Shown here one piece after another: positions 28,261 to 39,700 of a stretch of 64,000 nt of DNA. The position numbers were made by a program, and so were the translations under genes. The stretch spans positions 6,274,791 through 6,338,790 of the forward strand of contig CM082596.2 of NCBI GenBank assembly GCA_040954595.2. Direction: 5' to 3'. This DNA comes from Balanoglossus misakiensis. Lineage: Eukaryota; Animalia; Hemichordata. The notes beneath the pieces were generated by a model, which made no database searches, was not told the origin of the DNA, and was given only the letters and a program-made list of their open reading frames with translations. Position 1 is the stretch's first letter; the number at the start of each line of letters is the position of its first letter.

Positions 28261-28457
28261 AATGTCGTGATTTCCGTCGGCGATCTCGGGAATTTAGTCG
28301 TTTCGGAGGGAGATCAGACCACCGGACAAGTGTGCCACGCAAAATCAGCGCCAAGGACAGTGGGAGAACCTTGAAACGGTCGTGGACTTCGGAGAATACC
28401 GCCGTGACACAAAGAAATGTAACATAGAGCCTGGTGAACTGAGGTTGGTACACTTCG

Positions 28458-28532
28458 ATGGTGAGAAAACAGTTAAAATTGAACTATCTTGAACCTTGTT
28501 GTGAAGACAACCGGCTCTTCTTGATGACTTAA
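28458..28532 (+). other. Upstream ORF (24 aa) in the probable fz 5'UTR
   Basis: tcgATGG context; MVRKQLKLNYLEPCCEDNRLFLMT*; TAA 28530-28532 ends 34 nt before the main ATG. Translation is not demonstrated. Confidence 0.4.
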
Positions 28533-28566
28533 GCACTAGGAGAGATCCCAGATCCGAGTGATCAAC

Positions 28567-30234
28567 ATGGCTGAGCGGAGAGGGACACATTTCCTGTGGA
28601 TTTCGGCGTTCGTGATCGCCCTGCTGAATGTTGTTGTTTGTCAGCAGCGCCAGTATGATTCGCTCGGCGGCGGTGGACTTCCTCCACATCATGGCCGATG
28701 CGAGCCGATCTCGATACCCTTGTGTCAGGACATCGCGTACAACGAGACGATCATGCCCAACCTGCTGAACCACCAGAAGCAGGACGAGGCCGGCTTAGAG
28801 GTGCACCAGTTCTTCCCGCTGGTGAAGGTAGAGTGTTCGGTCGATTTGAAATTTTTCCTCTGCGCCGTGTACGCGCCCGTGTGCACTGTACTGGAAACGC
28901 CACTACCTCCATGCAGATCGCTGTGTCAGAGTGCACGGAACGGTTGCGAAGCACTCATGAACAGATTCGGTTTTCAATGGCCCGATCGGCTAGACTGCGA
29001 CTCTTTCCCCGTGCAGGGGTCGGGCCCGTTGTGTGTGGGACAGAACCGGTCGGTGCCCACCCAGATGCCGACCACCAAGCCGGACAACGGCAGCATCACC
29101 CCGTCGTCCGACTACGTGGTGCACCCGTTCACGTGTCCCGAAGAACTCGAAGTCCCGGCGTACTTGGATTACAGCTTCTTGGAGGCGGAGGCATGCGGGG
29201 CTCCCTGCGATACCATGTTCTTCTCGGAGGCGCAGCGCGAATTTGCTCGCATCTGGATTGGCATTTGGTCCATACTTTGCGCGGCATCAACTCTGTTCAC
29301 GGTCTCGACGTTTCTTATTGACATGCCGCGATTTCGGTACCCAGAGAGGCCAATTATCTTTTTATCTGCGTGTTATTTTATGGTTTCCCTCACCTACGTG
29401 GTGGGGTTCATTGCATACATAATCGACACTGAAATCGCTTGCAACGGCCCCTACGAGGAGGGCGGATGGGCGGTCGCTGTACAGGGTACCAAGAAGGAGG
29501 GCTGTACAATTTTATTCATGATTCTGTATTTCTTCAGCATGGCCTCGTCGATATGGTGGGTCATCTTGAGTTTGACCTGGTTCCTGTCGGCCGGCATGAA
29601 GTGGGGCCACGAAGCCATCGAGGCCAACTCGCAGTATTTCCACCTGGCCGCCTGGTCGGTGCCGGCGGTGAAGACCATCGCCATCCTGGCCATGTCCGAG
29701 GTCGACGGCGACGTGTTGGCCGGCGTCTGCTTTGTGGGATTTACCAACGTGGACGCCCTGCGCGGATTTGTGCTCGCCCCCTTGTTCCTGTACCTCCTGA
29801 TCGGGACCTCGTTCCTGCTGGCCGGATTCGTCGCCCTCTACCGCATCCGGACCTTCATGAAGCACGACGGCACCAAGACGGACAAACTGGAGAAACTCAT
29901 GATCCGCATCGGTATCTTCTCGGTTTTGTACACGGTTCCTGCCACCATAGTCATTGCGTGTTTTTTCTACGAACAAGCCAACCGAGACGTTTGGGAATAT
30001 ACCTGGATGGTCAATAACTGCAAGAATCTCCGCTTCTCCTGCCCCCATGGCAACGGGCCGACGCCCATGGGGCTGGCCACTCCGGACTTCACTGTATTTA
30101 TGATAAAATATTTAATGCTGTTAATCGTAGGTATCACTAGTGGATTTTGGATATGGTCCGGAAAGACACTCAATTCGTGGCGGAAATTTTACATGCGCCT
30201 ATGTCATCACAGACGGGACGAGACCACGGTCTGA
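28567..30234 (+). CDS. FZD1/2/7: Frizzled-1/2/7 Wnt receptor, single coding exon, 555 aa
   Basis: aacATGG start (the track's 28558 start is a GTG). The protein has a signal peptide, a 10-Cys CRD ([21 protein letters not shown]...CVGQN), and seven TM helices with [25 protein letters not shown] and [17 protein letters not shown]. It also has the Dishevelled-binding KTxxxW (KTLNSW) and the C-terminal PDZ ligand ETTV typical of FZD1/2. Confidence 0.98.
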   Translation: MAERRGTHFLWISAFVIALLNVVVCQQRQYDSLGGGGLPPHHGRCEPISIPLCQDIAYNETIMPNLLNHQKQDEAGLEVHQFFPLVKVECSVDLKFFLCAVYAPVCTVLETPLPPCRSLCQSARNGCEALMNRFGFQWPDRLDCDSFPVQGSGPLCVGQNRSVPTQMPTTKPDNGSITPSSDYVVHPFTCPEELEVPAYLDYSFLEAEACGAPCDTMFFSEAQREFARIWIGIWSILCAASTLFTVSTFLIDMPRFRYPERPIIFLSACYFMVSLTYVVGFIAYIIDTEIACNGPYEEGGWAVAVQGTKKEGCTILFMILYFFSMASSIWWVILSLTWFLSAGMKWGHEAIEANSQYFHLAAWSVPAVKTIAILAMSEVDGDVLAGVCFVGFTNVDALRGFVLAPLFLYLLIGTSFLLAGFVALYRIRTFMKHDGTKTDKLEKLMIRIGIFSVLYTVPATIVIACFFYEQANRDVWEYTWMVNNCKNLRFSCPHGNGPTPMGLATPDFTVFMIKYLMLLIVGITSGFWIWSGKTLNSWRKFYMRLCHHRRDETTV

Positions 30235-32140
30235 CAGTGACAACCAGGTAGGGCAAAGCCAATGCATGACACAGCCAATGAAATAACAATACGAGGCTAG
30301 ACATTATCACGTACTTAATCCTACAGAAGTGAAAAAACACTCCTATAAGCCTTTATTTAAACTCTATTTTATTTCATAAGCATTTTTTTATTTCATCTTT
30401 TAATTATAATTTCAGGATATTTTTATATACCTATGATCAGCCATGCAAAAAATACACTGTGACGCCAGGTTTTAGGTACGTTTTAGACCTGTAGGTTTTT
30501 TTCTTTTTTAAGAAAAAAGGGGGGAAAAGAAATCGCACAAAATTCGGTCTAGAAAATAGATTTTTCTGTTGAATCAAATTCTGGATCGATTTTGGCTTCA
30601 TATTTTCCTTTTACATGGCTGGGTCATTAACACAGAACCCCCCCCCCCCCTATTTACATTTACAGACATGTGACACTGCAAAAAGATTTTAGCAGTTTTT
30701 GACAAATGTATGTTATAGAAAAGGAGAGCGAGGGACAACAAATATTAATATTGGGGAAAATTGTGTACATACATCGGTCATGACAGATAGAAGTTATTGA
30801 TTTTTTTAACATCTGAAAGATTTTCTTTTTAGAGGAGTCTTTGTTCGACACAAATCATGATTCATGCTTTCTGTAAGCATGTTTGAATGAGTTTCCTGTG
30901 AGTGTAAGGTGACTCCCCCCGCCCGTTCTCGAGCTTACTGACACCCCCACCCCTCCCGATACAAGACCGTGAGGGGGGGGGAATGTTTTGAAGGACAGAA
31001 TTATGAATAGAATCCCTCCGAGGGAGTGGGGGTCCCTCTCTGCATGCAAACAATCGCGTACATTCTTTTCTGATCATGCTAATTTAGCATGAAAGGGTAA
31101 ATTGATAATCTTGAATTATTTGACCGTCGTGTAACCTTATCTGTGGATGTGATAGCAAATCCGGACTAGTGTGTAGTGTTCTGTGTTTCGGACCCTTTTC
31201 TGCTGTCAGTGGCAAATTCTGTTTGTACAAACCCCCCCAGTGTAAAGCAACCCGGAGATCTTTTTGTGGGCGATTTTCAAAAAAAGTGTATAGACCTGCG
31301 ACTCTCTTGTACCATAATAAGCAACCGAGAACTTTTAATGACGTGCTATTTTCTTTTCTTTTTGTACATTGTCTGTGTTCAGTATTTTTAATTCCAGATT
31401 TGAACGAATATTGAGGGGGAAATGCTTGAGTTGGTGAACATTTAGAAGTAATTAGTTTTTTTTTTAAATGTGTAATTTTTGCCTGATATTTTGACTGATG
31501 ATTTTCAGTGGCCTATTTTGTTAGAGCAGGTAAATTGTACGACGGTGGGGTGATCGTATTTAGCTCGGTATGTAGACAAAGTTTCGTTCGGTATCCGACA
31601 CTGTCACCTAAACTACACCACACCACACAGCTCAAGCGATTTTGTAAATAAAACTCAAAAATTCTTCTTATTTCTAAATGTTATATATAGTTAGTTGAAT
31701 TTTCTCTGTAAAACTATAAATCTAAGAGCAGACACTTTGGCAAGTTTGGTGGCGAAAAAAAAGTCTGAACTTTTTTATTTGTGAAGGAAAAAAAATGTAC
31801 ACTTGCCGTGCCTGTTACGATGTGAGTAGTCGTGATGATTATGACTTGTTAGATGAAATTGGCCAGACTTATCCAGTGATTAATGAGAGAAAAAAAAGTT
31901 AATGTATTTTCCAACAAACGGTGATTGCGACAGAAATCTTTCAATATTTCTGCAACTCAGTTGCAGTCGATCTGTTGCGAGTATTTTATGTTACAGACTG
32001 AACAAAAAAAAAAATTACCGTACTATTTCCAGTAACCTGACAGTGGAACGAATCATAGTGTTTCCACTTTTCGGTTGCGTATGTAGACAATTTTTTTGAT
32101 AGTGAATGTTGTAATAAAACTTTCATTGTTGTGTATTGTC
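30235..32140 (+). other. Probable fz1/2/7 3'UTR (~1.4 or ~1.9 kb)
   Basis: Abrupt drop to AU-rich sequence after the TGA; AATAAA at 31647-31652 and 32113-32118. Confidence 0.6.
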
Positions 32141-32170
32141 AAAAAATTATTGTGTTTGCGTTATTTTGAA
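32113..32170 (+). terminator. Distal polyadenylation signal of fz1/2/7
   Basis: AATAAA 32113-32118 immediately preceded by TGT, followed by GU/U-rich ttattgtgtttgcgttattttg about 30-50 nt downstream. Confidence 0.55.
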
Positions 32171-35100
32171 ACTCACATAAGGGTGCGGTGATAATTAAGG
32201 GTACCTTTAATACATCGGGCATTCTCTAAGATTGGCATATGGTATTTGTAAGTAATTTGGTTCTCACACAGTAAAATATGCGTGTTTTATAAACTTGTTT
32301 ACATACACTATTCATATGTAAACCAGCCCTAATGGTGTTTGATGCCAAATATAACGAGAAAACCCAATGAATTAAGGTACACAGGCAAAAATGCAATGTT
32401 TGCTTGTATAATTGATCTTCGTCATATTTAATGCAAAAAGACGTTTTTAAAAAAAACTTCCTCCCCCAGAACCGGAAGCTAGTTAAAATTGTTTATCAGG
32501 TAGTTTATGCGTGTCAAAATATTATCGTTACCCCAAATCAGTCAGACCTCGGCTGGTTGGGGGTTAGGTCAAAGGTTGTAGAGTGAGTCTCTGTCTGCTG
32601 GAAGCGGGGAAAAGTGCTAAACGGCACTACAAGTTACCGACGGACGGACTGGGGTGCAGTCACTTAGTGCCACTCGACAGACTTCACATTCAGCAGTCGA
32701 GCTAAAACGCCAGATCAAGGAAAGCAATACCGGACAGCCGTCGCCGGAAATACGCAGCCTGTTGTATGGTGCACAGTAGTTGCGGAGAAGGACGATCAAA
32801 TTATATTGTGAATATGCTCCTGCGGTGTGGCGGCCATTGTCAGAGGACCCAGCATACAGCCCTGGTGGAATTTTCAATTGGGAGTATATACAGCAGGATG
32901 TCGATTTGATAGTGGACATGACAGGAGACCAATAACCTAAATCTGCTTCTTTTGCCTTGGGGGGAAAAACACATGGAGACAGCTTGAAAGTACATGTAGT
33001 GTAAAATAATGGAGGCGGTCAAAATTTCTCGGTAGTGTGACACTGTGAAACACAGATTGCTTTTGAATCAATCATGAAATTATGTTCACTTCTTGAAGCA
33101 CTACAACTGAACTCAGTGCACAAGAATTTATTAATCTTCAACTTGACTGTAATCTTGTCGTGTGCCAATCTGTTTCTCTAAGCTAAGAGGGCCGGTCTTG
33201 GCAATAACACTTGGGTGTCTGTGCGTCTCTCATATACTTATCAGCTGGTATGGCCGTGGTAATCTGTAATCATGGCATTGTACTTATTATGCTAGTGTAG
33301 TATGTAACAAGATAGGTCAACTTGTAACATCTCGTACAAGGAGAGACTGGCTTTCCCGTGTTAATGTGGTTTAAATTCTCGTTTGTGCCGTAATTTGGGG
33401 GGTACAGGAATGATAGGGAAAATACTGCGGCAACATGTATGTGGTAACCACCGGGAATATGATTTTTCCATGGAAGGGTGGGGGGATCTCCACGGATCAT
33501 GCCCGGATCGCGACCACAATCAGAAATGTCAGCCTTGGAAAGCCATTAGGATCCACCGGCTGGACCGACTTCTATTTCTGGAAAGAGTCCCCCAGCCGAT
33601 GGATTTTTAAACAATCCCAGATACTATTATAAACAAGGGGTTGTCTTTCAAGGCAAACACATTTAGCCGTGTAAAATACACATCACTGGGGTTTGGTAGA
33701 CGTTTATTTGACATGTCTCAGAGAGAGTGCGCGATGTGTTGCAGATCCACAAAAACTCCAACCAGTTTTCCGTGGCATTGTCTTTTGTAATTTGCCAGAC
33801 ATCAAAGATGGCTGACACGTTCATATACTATGGGGGCAGGCCAGCAGGCTTTCCCACTCGTCACGAATCATGCGTGAAGACATACACAATCACGCAACCG
33901 AAATTTCCTGAGAGACCCCTGTAAAATATTCCTGTAATTGCATTGTGTCTGCCTTCTGTACACATCCTGCATTGGAAGCCATAGATAATTATTATGCGGA
34001 TTGCCCCTTCATTGTAAATAGATGCAAATTTGCCAAATATTTTGCCGATAGGTGTGGCCTCTGAATAATGGCTCCCTATTTTTTTCTTGTAAACCAGACT
34101 GGCGCTGAAAAACTGCTCGCCAGGGGCAGAAACGCCAAGCTGTGTCATAGATAATTGTACCCCAATTGGGGTGTTGGGGAGTTATCCATCAAAAAATACA
34201 TGCCATCTCGTCAGTGTTAAATGGTACAGTTAAAAAAGGAAAACACCATAAAATTTAACTGGTGTAGAGAGTAATGCTGTCGTCAAATGCCACAGAACAA
34301 GTTCATGCTACGGAGGAGGTCATCTCTGTTCTATTATTAGTCTATTAAAATATAGCAAGTGTGGTATAACGTCAGGCCATTTTTTTTCCCTGTGCCGTGA
34401 CAGAGATTGATGGTGCGTGTGTGTGTTCAAGCCACAGACTTTAATTCCGTGGATGTGTTGTAATATTTTCCAAGGTGACATGGTGGTGTTTTGTCAATAA
34501 GAGTGATTGAAGGGTTCACCTTATGTGTCATAAAAGACGTAGGGGGAAAATTTTCGCACAGCTGAAGGACTCTTGTCGTGTCGACGGCTTTCTGTAAATG
34601 TCTGTTGTGCGCGGCTCTCAAGTGGGTAGGGGATCTGTTTTACACGTTTGGAGATCGTTTGCTTCATGTCAGAGCCGAGCTGTTCATTACAGCTCAAGGC
34701 TGCCGCGGCCTGCAAATTCTTTTTTGGAGGGCTGTTGATAGATGACGTCCATTCATTTTTTTTCTCTCGGGCCTATTCCCACGTGGGTATTGGAGTTGTG
34801 GCCTCACTTTGTGTTCGAAAGCCCCTGACATGCAAATATTAATGCACAGTGATTCGGTGTGTTTTAAATTGTGAGGGAGTACGCGTTATTATGAAAACTA
34901 TGTATGCATTGCGGTCAACCGGTGCTTTTCTGACTTGATATCGTGTGTTACGATAATTAGTAGACTATGATTGATTGACCCTAAGTTATTTTCTGTGGGT
35001 GAATTGGAAACAGATTTGAACAGCTGAGCTATATTTCCTTTTGAAATGTCAGAGCTGTGACTCTTGGTGTATGCTAGATTCCTTGTGTAGCTATGCTGTG

Positions 35101-36761
35101 TGTTTGGTGAAATTTTTCACGAAGGTCTTGAGGATATTGGTAACGCATGTTTCAGCTGATTGAAATAATGTATGTTTCTATGCCACTATGAGTTTTGAGT
35201 CAATTTAATACACAACTTCAAAAAATTGCACCAATGAAATGACAGGTTTGATAACGATCTGGATAAAATTTTTAGTTAGTTAAAAGCCTGTTAGCCTTTG
35301 TCGGTACATTGGCGTTTTGTGGGTGATTTTAAAGCTACAAGCGCTTAGCACGAACGCCGTTGTTAGAAATGATGGTTTCAGCATTCATTATGATATGTGA
35401 CAAAGCTTATGCTGCGTTTTTAAAATCGTGTTTGAATTTAAGTGTTAGTCTCCAGACATGTACAGAATTATTGCTAGTGCGCAGCAGGTCAGTCGGACAG
35501 TGTTTTGGTTTGATTTTGTGAAGTTGTAATGTGCTTGTGTGAAGGGACATGTTTGGGACTCTGGTGGGTTACTTGGTTTCAACCCCGTAAGAAGATTTCT
35601 CTCCCCCCCCCCCCCCCCCCCCCTCAGAAAGTACATTCTACAAGGTCAAAGGTTACCACTTCTGTGACTTCATGGGGATTCAGATTGCATGTGCTGGATT
35701 CTTTTTTAGACATAATCACCTACTCTGATTTTCCCGCTTTGTCCGTCAGTGATCTGTGTATAATCATGCTCGCAGCCAGGCAATTGTCTTTCTCTGCCGT
35801 TTCTTCCCTCGGCCCAAAAGGAAACATTTTTCCACGGCACTATTCGAGACTTGAGCAATTCCTAGCCTCCGGGAGTGACTATAGTTCCCCCCGCGCCAAC
35901 GCGAGACCCCCGTCCAACAATAGTGACTATTTCTTAATCCTGTTTTGCAGAACAGATTTTCCGACGTACAAGCAAAACACGAACCCATCGGTTGGTGTAC
36001 CCCAGAGGTGTTCCAGTAGAACAGAAATCGATTTTTTTTCAAGATGGTCGCATGTCTACAGCCATGACTCAAAATCCAGCACCAGAAGGCCCACATTTTT
36101 AATGAGCTGTCTCACTATTAGCCATGTGAGAATCATTGTAACACCAGCAACAAACCAAATTTAAAAACCTTTCAGTAGTATAACTTATGTTAGTGCCCAG
36201 AGATACCTGCCCCATCTGGGATGGCTACAGGCACCGTTCACAGTGACTAACCCAAAACAAATGGGGAGTGAACCGTTCTTTAATTTTACAACATTCTTGG
36301 TGCGCACTCAAGCTTATCTGCATATTTGAATTGTTGTGCGTGCGATAACACTCGACCAAACTCTCTCGTTCTGCTGCTCTGCTGTGAAAACTCAATACTC
36401 TTGTTTATAATCCAGCAGACATACCATAAATTTTCAGTTGCCGAAAAAAAAATAGCCAAGCCAGGTTATGTACATAGATTATCGATAGAATATCTTTCTG
36501 TCCTATCTCTTGTTTGAATATTTTCTGATAAATCTCTTGAGTTTGTGCCAAGACATGGAGTGTGCATCTCGCTGCAGTGTCACCGTTTTTGAGTTGAATA
36601 TTTTATTTCCAGAGTAGGCTGTTTTACACATGTCCATGCCGTTCATTCCAACCAGAAGTGGGCAACTTGTCTCCGACAGCGCAGTGACTGAGGGCTGATG
36701 TTGAGTTTTTGCCGACAGGCCCTGGAGATGTGTGTAGTAAAATGGTGGATGGTCGATACGC

Positions 36762-36785
36762 AGAGAGAGAGAGAGAGAGAGAGAG
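36762..36785. repeat. (AG)n microsatellite
   Basis: About 12 AG units, seen directly. Confidence 0.9.
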
Positions 36786-39700
36786 GAGGCTGCCATGGAT
36801 TGTCTGATAACAGGAGAACCAGTGCTCTCTTGAATTGCATCAGCTCCTTTGTCAGGACACGTACTTCGCTGGGCTAAACCTCCAGTTGTGAGCTCTCTAC
36901 AAATACTTTAACCCTTTCACCCCCGGTTTCCTTTATAGAGGTCCAACTTTACCATGGACCAGAATGGATTTGGACCAAACCTTGGTGGTTTAAACGGGGG
37001 AAAATCGAGCACGAGTTTGAACTCTTGATCACCACCGAAAGAGCAGAAGAGACCCTTTGCAATTGGTCTATTCGGGAATTTCTGCACAGTGTCCTTTGCC
37101 AACTTTTGTGGCCCAGGCCATCACCATCATGTTCAACAAAAGGGATTGTATCGGTAATAACAGTACCAAAGAGTCTGACGCATTGTTTGCCCATTCTCGT
37201 TGGCAGCCGTGAATGAGGTGCGATGAATAACAACGTATTATCTCCAAAGCTGTCGCTGAAATGTCCAAAAAGTGGAGTGCTAAAAAGCCATTCTCCCCCT
37301 CTCTCTCTCTCTTTTTCACTGCCTTGTTAACGGGGGCAGCCTTGACATTGGCGCGATCTGTCCCAATTAACGTCTGGGGGACAGGCCCTGGTATCGCCGG
37401 CCGACCTTTGCCTCTTGAATATTCCCCTTGAATCACTCCAAAGAACAAACAGACAGGGCCCTTTTTAATTGCTTTCTCCTTGGCACTGCACGATTGCTGA
37501 TAACGGTGAAAAAAGGAAGGCTCTCCTAAAGATATTACTGACCTCATATCAAAATGTTAATTTCAAACACAGAGTAGGGAGCTACTAGATTATCGTAGTT
37601 TCCCCGACATTGTGTATTCCGAGTGTATGGTAATATTGTGTACATGTGTCCAACGGGCTGACAGCAGAAAAGCTGACTCACAAACCTGAAATGTCAGGCA
37701 ATTTCGGTTTATTTATGTATACTTAAATTCCGTGTGCAGTTGATTACATGGGTGGCGGAGAGAGAAAGAGAGAAAAAAAATGGCTTGCCAGATGAAATCC
37801 TCTTGAGTCGAGACCCCCACGTAAAAACTGATTAACTGAAATCCCCTTTGCTGACAACTTCAACAATATTGTTTGAAATCCAACAAATAAATTTCAGCAG
37901 ATCTGCCGTGTACTGCTCACAGAACCTGGTGGGGGCTTATTGAATTGGGCCTCGGCAGCAAATACATCTGAAAGGGACCTGATTTGATAAAAGGCGATGT
38001 TAATTGCATTAAGGTGTGGGAAATCTTTTGCTCTGTTGTGCTTAGAAACGTTGTGTGATTGTTTCTCTACGCCTTTGTGCACTCGGCAGAGTATAATTTG
38101 TACATCTTGATCAGAATAATTGAGCGTTAAAATCTGTCAGGTGTTTACAGCGTTGAAATCAGGACACAACCATCAGTCTTCTCGAGAATCTTTTGGCAGA
38201 TTTCAATCCTGCATAAAAAAAACAGTCTTACTTTGTGCTGGGGATTTATGTCAGCATGATCAACAATTTATTATAAAACACACACTGCCTTTCACCGCTC
38301 CGCGAGTGAGATATCAAAACTGACATCTCGGAAAATTGAATTTGGTACACTTCTATAAAATGTACATCGAGAGGGCATCTTGTTTTATGTATGGAGGGGA
38401 AAGGAAATAGCATTTTCTCCGAGGCCAGGTGAATAACTGTCACCAGCTTTTAGCATTCGAGAATGGTAATTCTGTTAGGGGAAGAGCTCAGAAAGGCCTC
38501 TAATGACAGACCACTGCTTTTCTTAAAGAAGTTAGGATAGTCTCCTGGGATTCAGCCTATGTGCTCTCAGGACCCGGAGCTTAATAAAATCGGGTTTGTT
38601 TGCGCGAGTATTGCAGGGACTGACACAGGCTCGACCACAATGGCCTAGTCCCTTTTTTTGTTGTACTAATTAAAGTCTGCTCTTTGGCATTTGATGTTTA
38701 CCCCGGCACATTTTTTTTTATTCGCAGGCTAAGAAATTTTCACAGCTTATTTTCACACCTTGGTAGTATTTACCCCCGTCTCTCATGTTTGTGTTTATAC
38801 GTCCATAGAAGCGTGATTATCACGGCGCAGCCTTGCAGTTTTTACCCTGGTGCAACGAGAGAGAGTTTCAAGGGATAATCAGATGACAGTAGTTGAACAC
38901 TCAGCCACATGTCTCCGCCATTAACATACCAACACAAAGTATGCCAGTGCGAAGCTAGGTAAATTTAATTTGTCAACACTTGGGCATTGCAACCTATAAC
39001 TATAAGACAAGGGGATGACTTATACAGGAGAGGGAGGGGGGGGGGGGGTAGTGGTATTACAGACTTCGGGTATCAGTTGTGTTATTCTACTCAGAGGTTT
39101 ATAAACTTTGCAATGATACTTTGCAGTGAAATGTCCAGGGAGTTGGCTGGCCTTTTGTGTGTGGGAACCGAAATCTGGCAAAGGATGGCTTGGCTGGGCT
39201 GGTTTCAAGGTAGACTATTTGCATAAAAGGAATTAGATTTCGGGGCGGCGTGAACAAGGGGCTTCAGCTTTCCTAGTGTGCTGTCATGTGCAAATAGTGT
39301 CGCATTAGGGTAATAAGACTTACTGGGGGGACGGTATAGCCTTGTGTTTGAGAAAGGGGTAAACAAGCATGGCCCTGTCAAACCAACCCTTTTTTTGTCG
39401 CAGAAATCTGTACTCGTTGGCGCGCAAAAACAGCCGCGAATCGCCCTCCGTTCGACTGCTACTATCTTGGTCGATTTACCCACTGGTTTCTGTTTTGTCT
39501 TTCTGGACTAAAGTCATATGGAAAGGAGGTTTTTTTTTTCTTTCTTTTAATTCGCTATTGCCTCCTAAAACCATTCATACCATGCACTCTCGCTTTTGTC
39601 AAGCTCTGAAATGGTGACAGCCTCTTCTTATGCAAAACCTTGTCGCCGGCCTCTTGATGGAAATGCAAATACGGCCGTTCTGGTCGGTGCCGGCCCTCCC

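Noticed and set aside
28458-28466. ATG|GTGAGA as a donor for an intron in the fz 5'UTR
   Set aside because: There is no polypyrimidine tract or convincing acceptor before the main ATG.
28558-28566. Track start of the fz ORF at 28558
   Set aside because: It is a GTG. The eukaryotic start is aacATGG at 28567, directly before the signal peptide.
28698-30048. Long alternative-frame and antisense ORFs overlapping fz (207, 129, 192, 178 aa)
   Set aside because: Expected shadows of a GC-rich, codon-biased CDS; Arg/Gly/Pro-rich with no recognisable domains.
35529-36164. 211-aa ORF, the longest outside fz
   Set aside because: It runs through a C homopolymer (poly-Pro) and shows no domain, codon bias or splice support.
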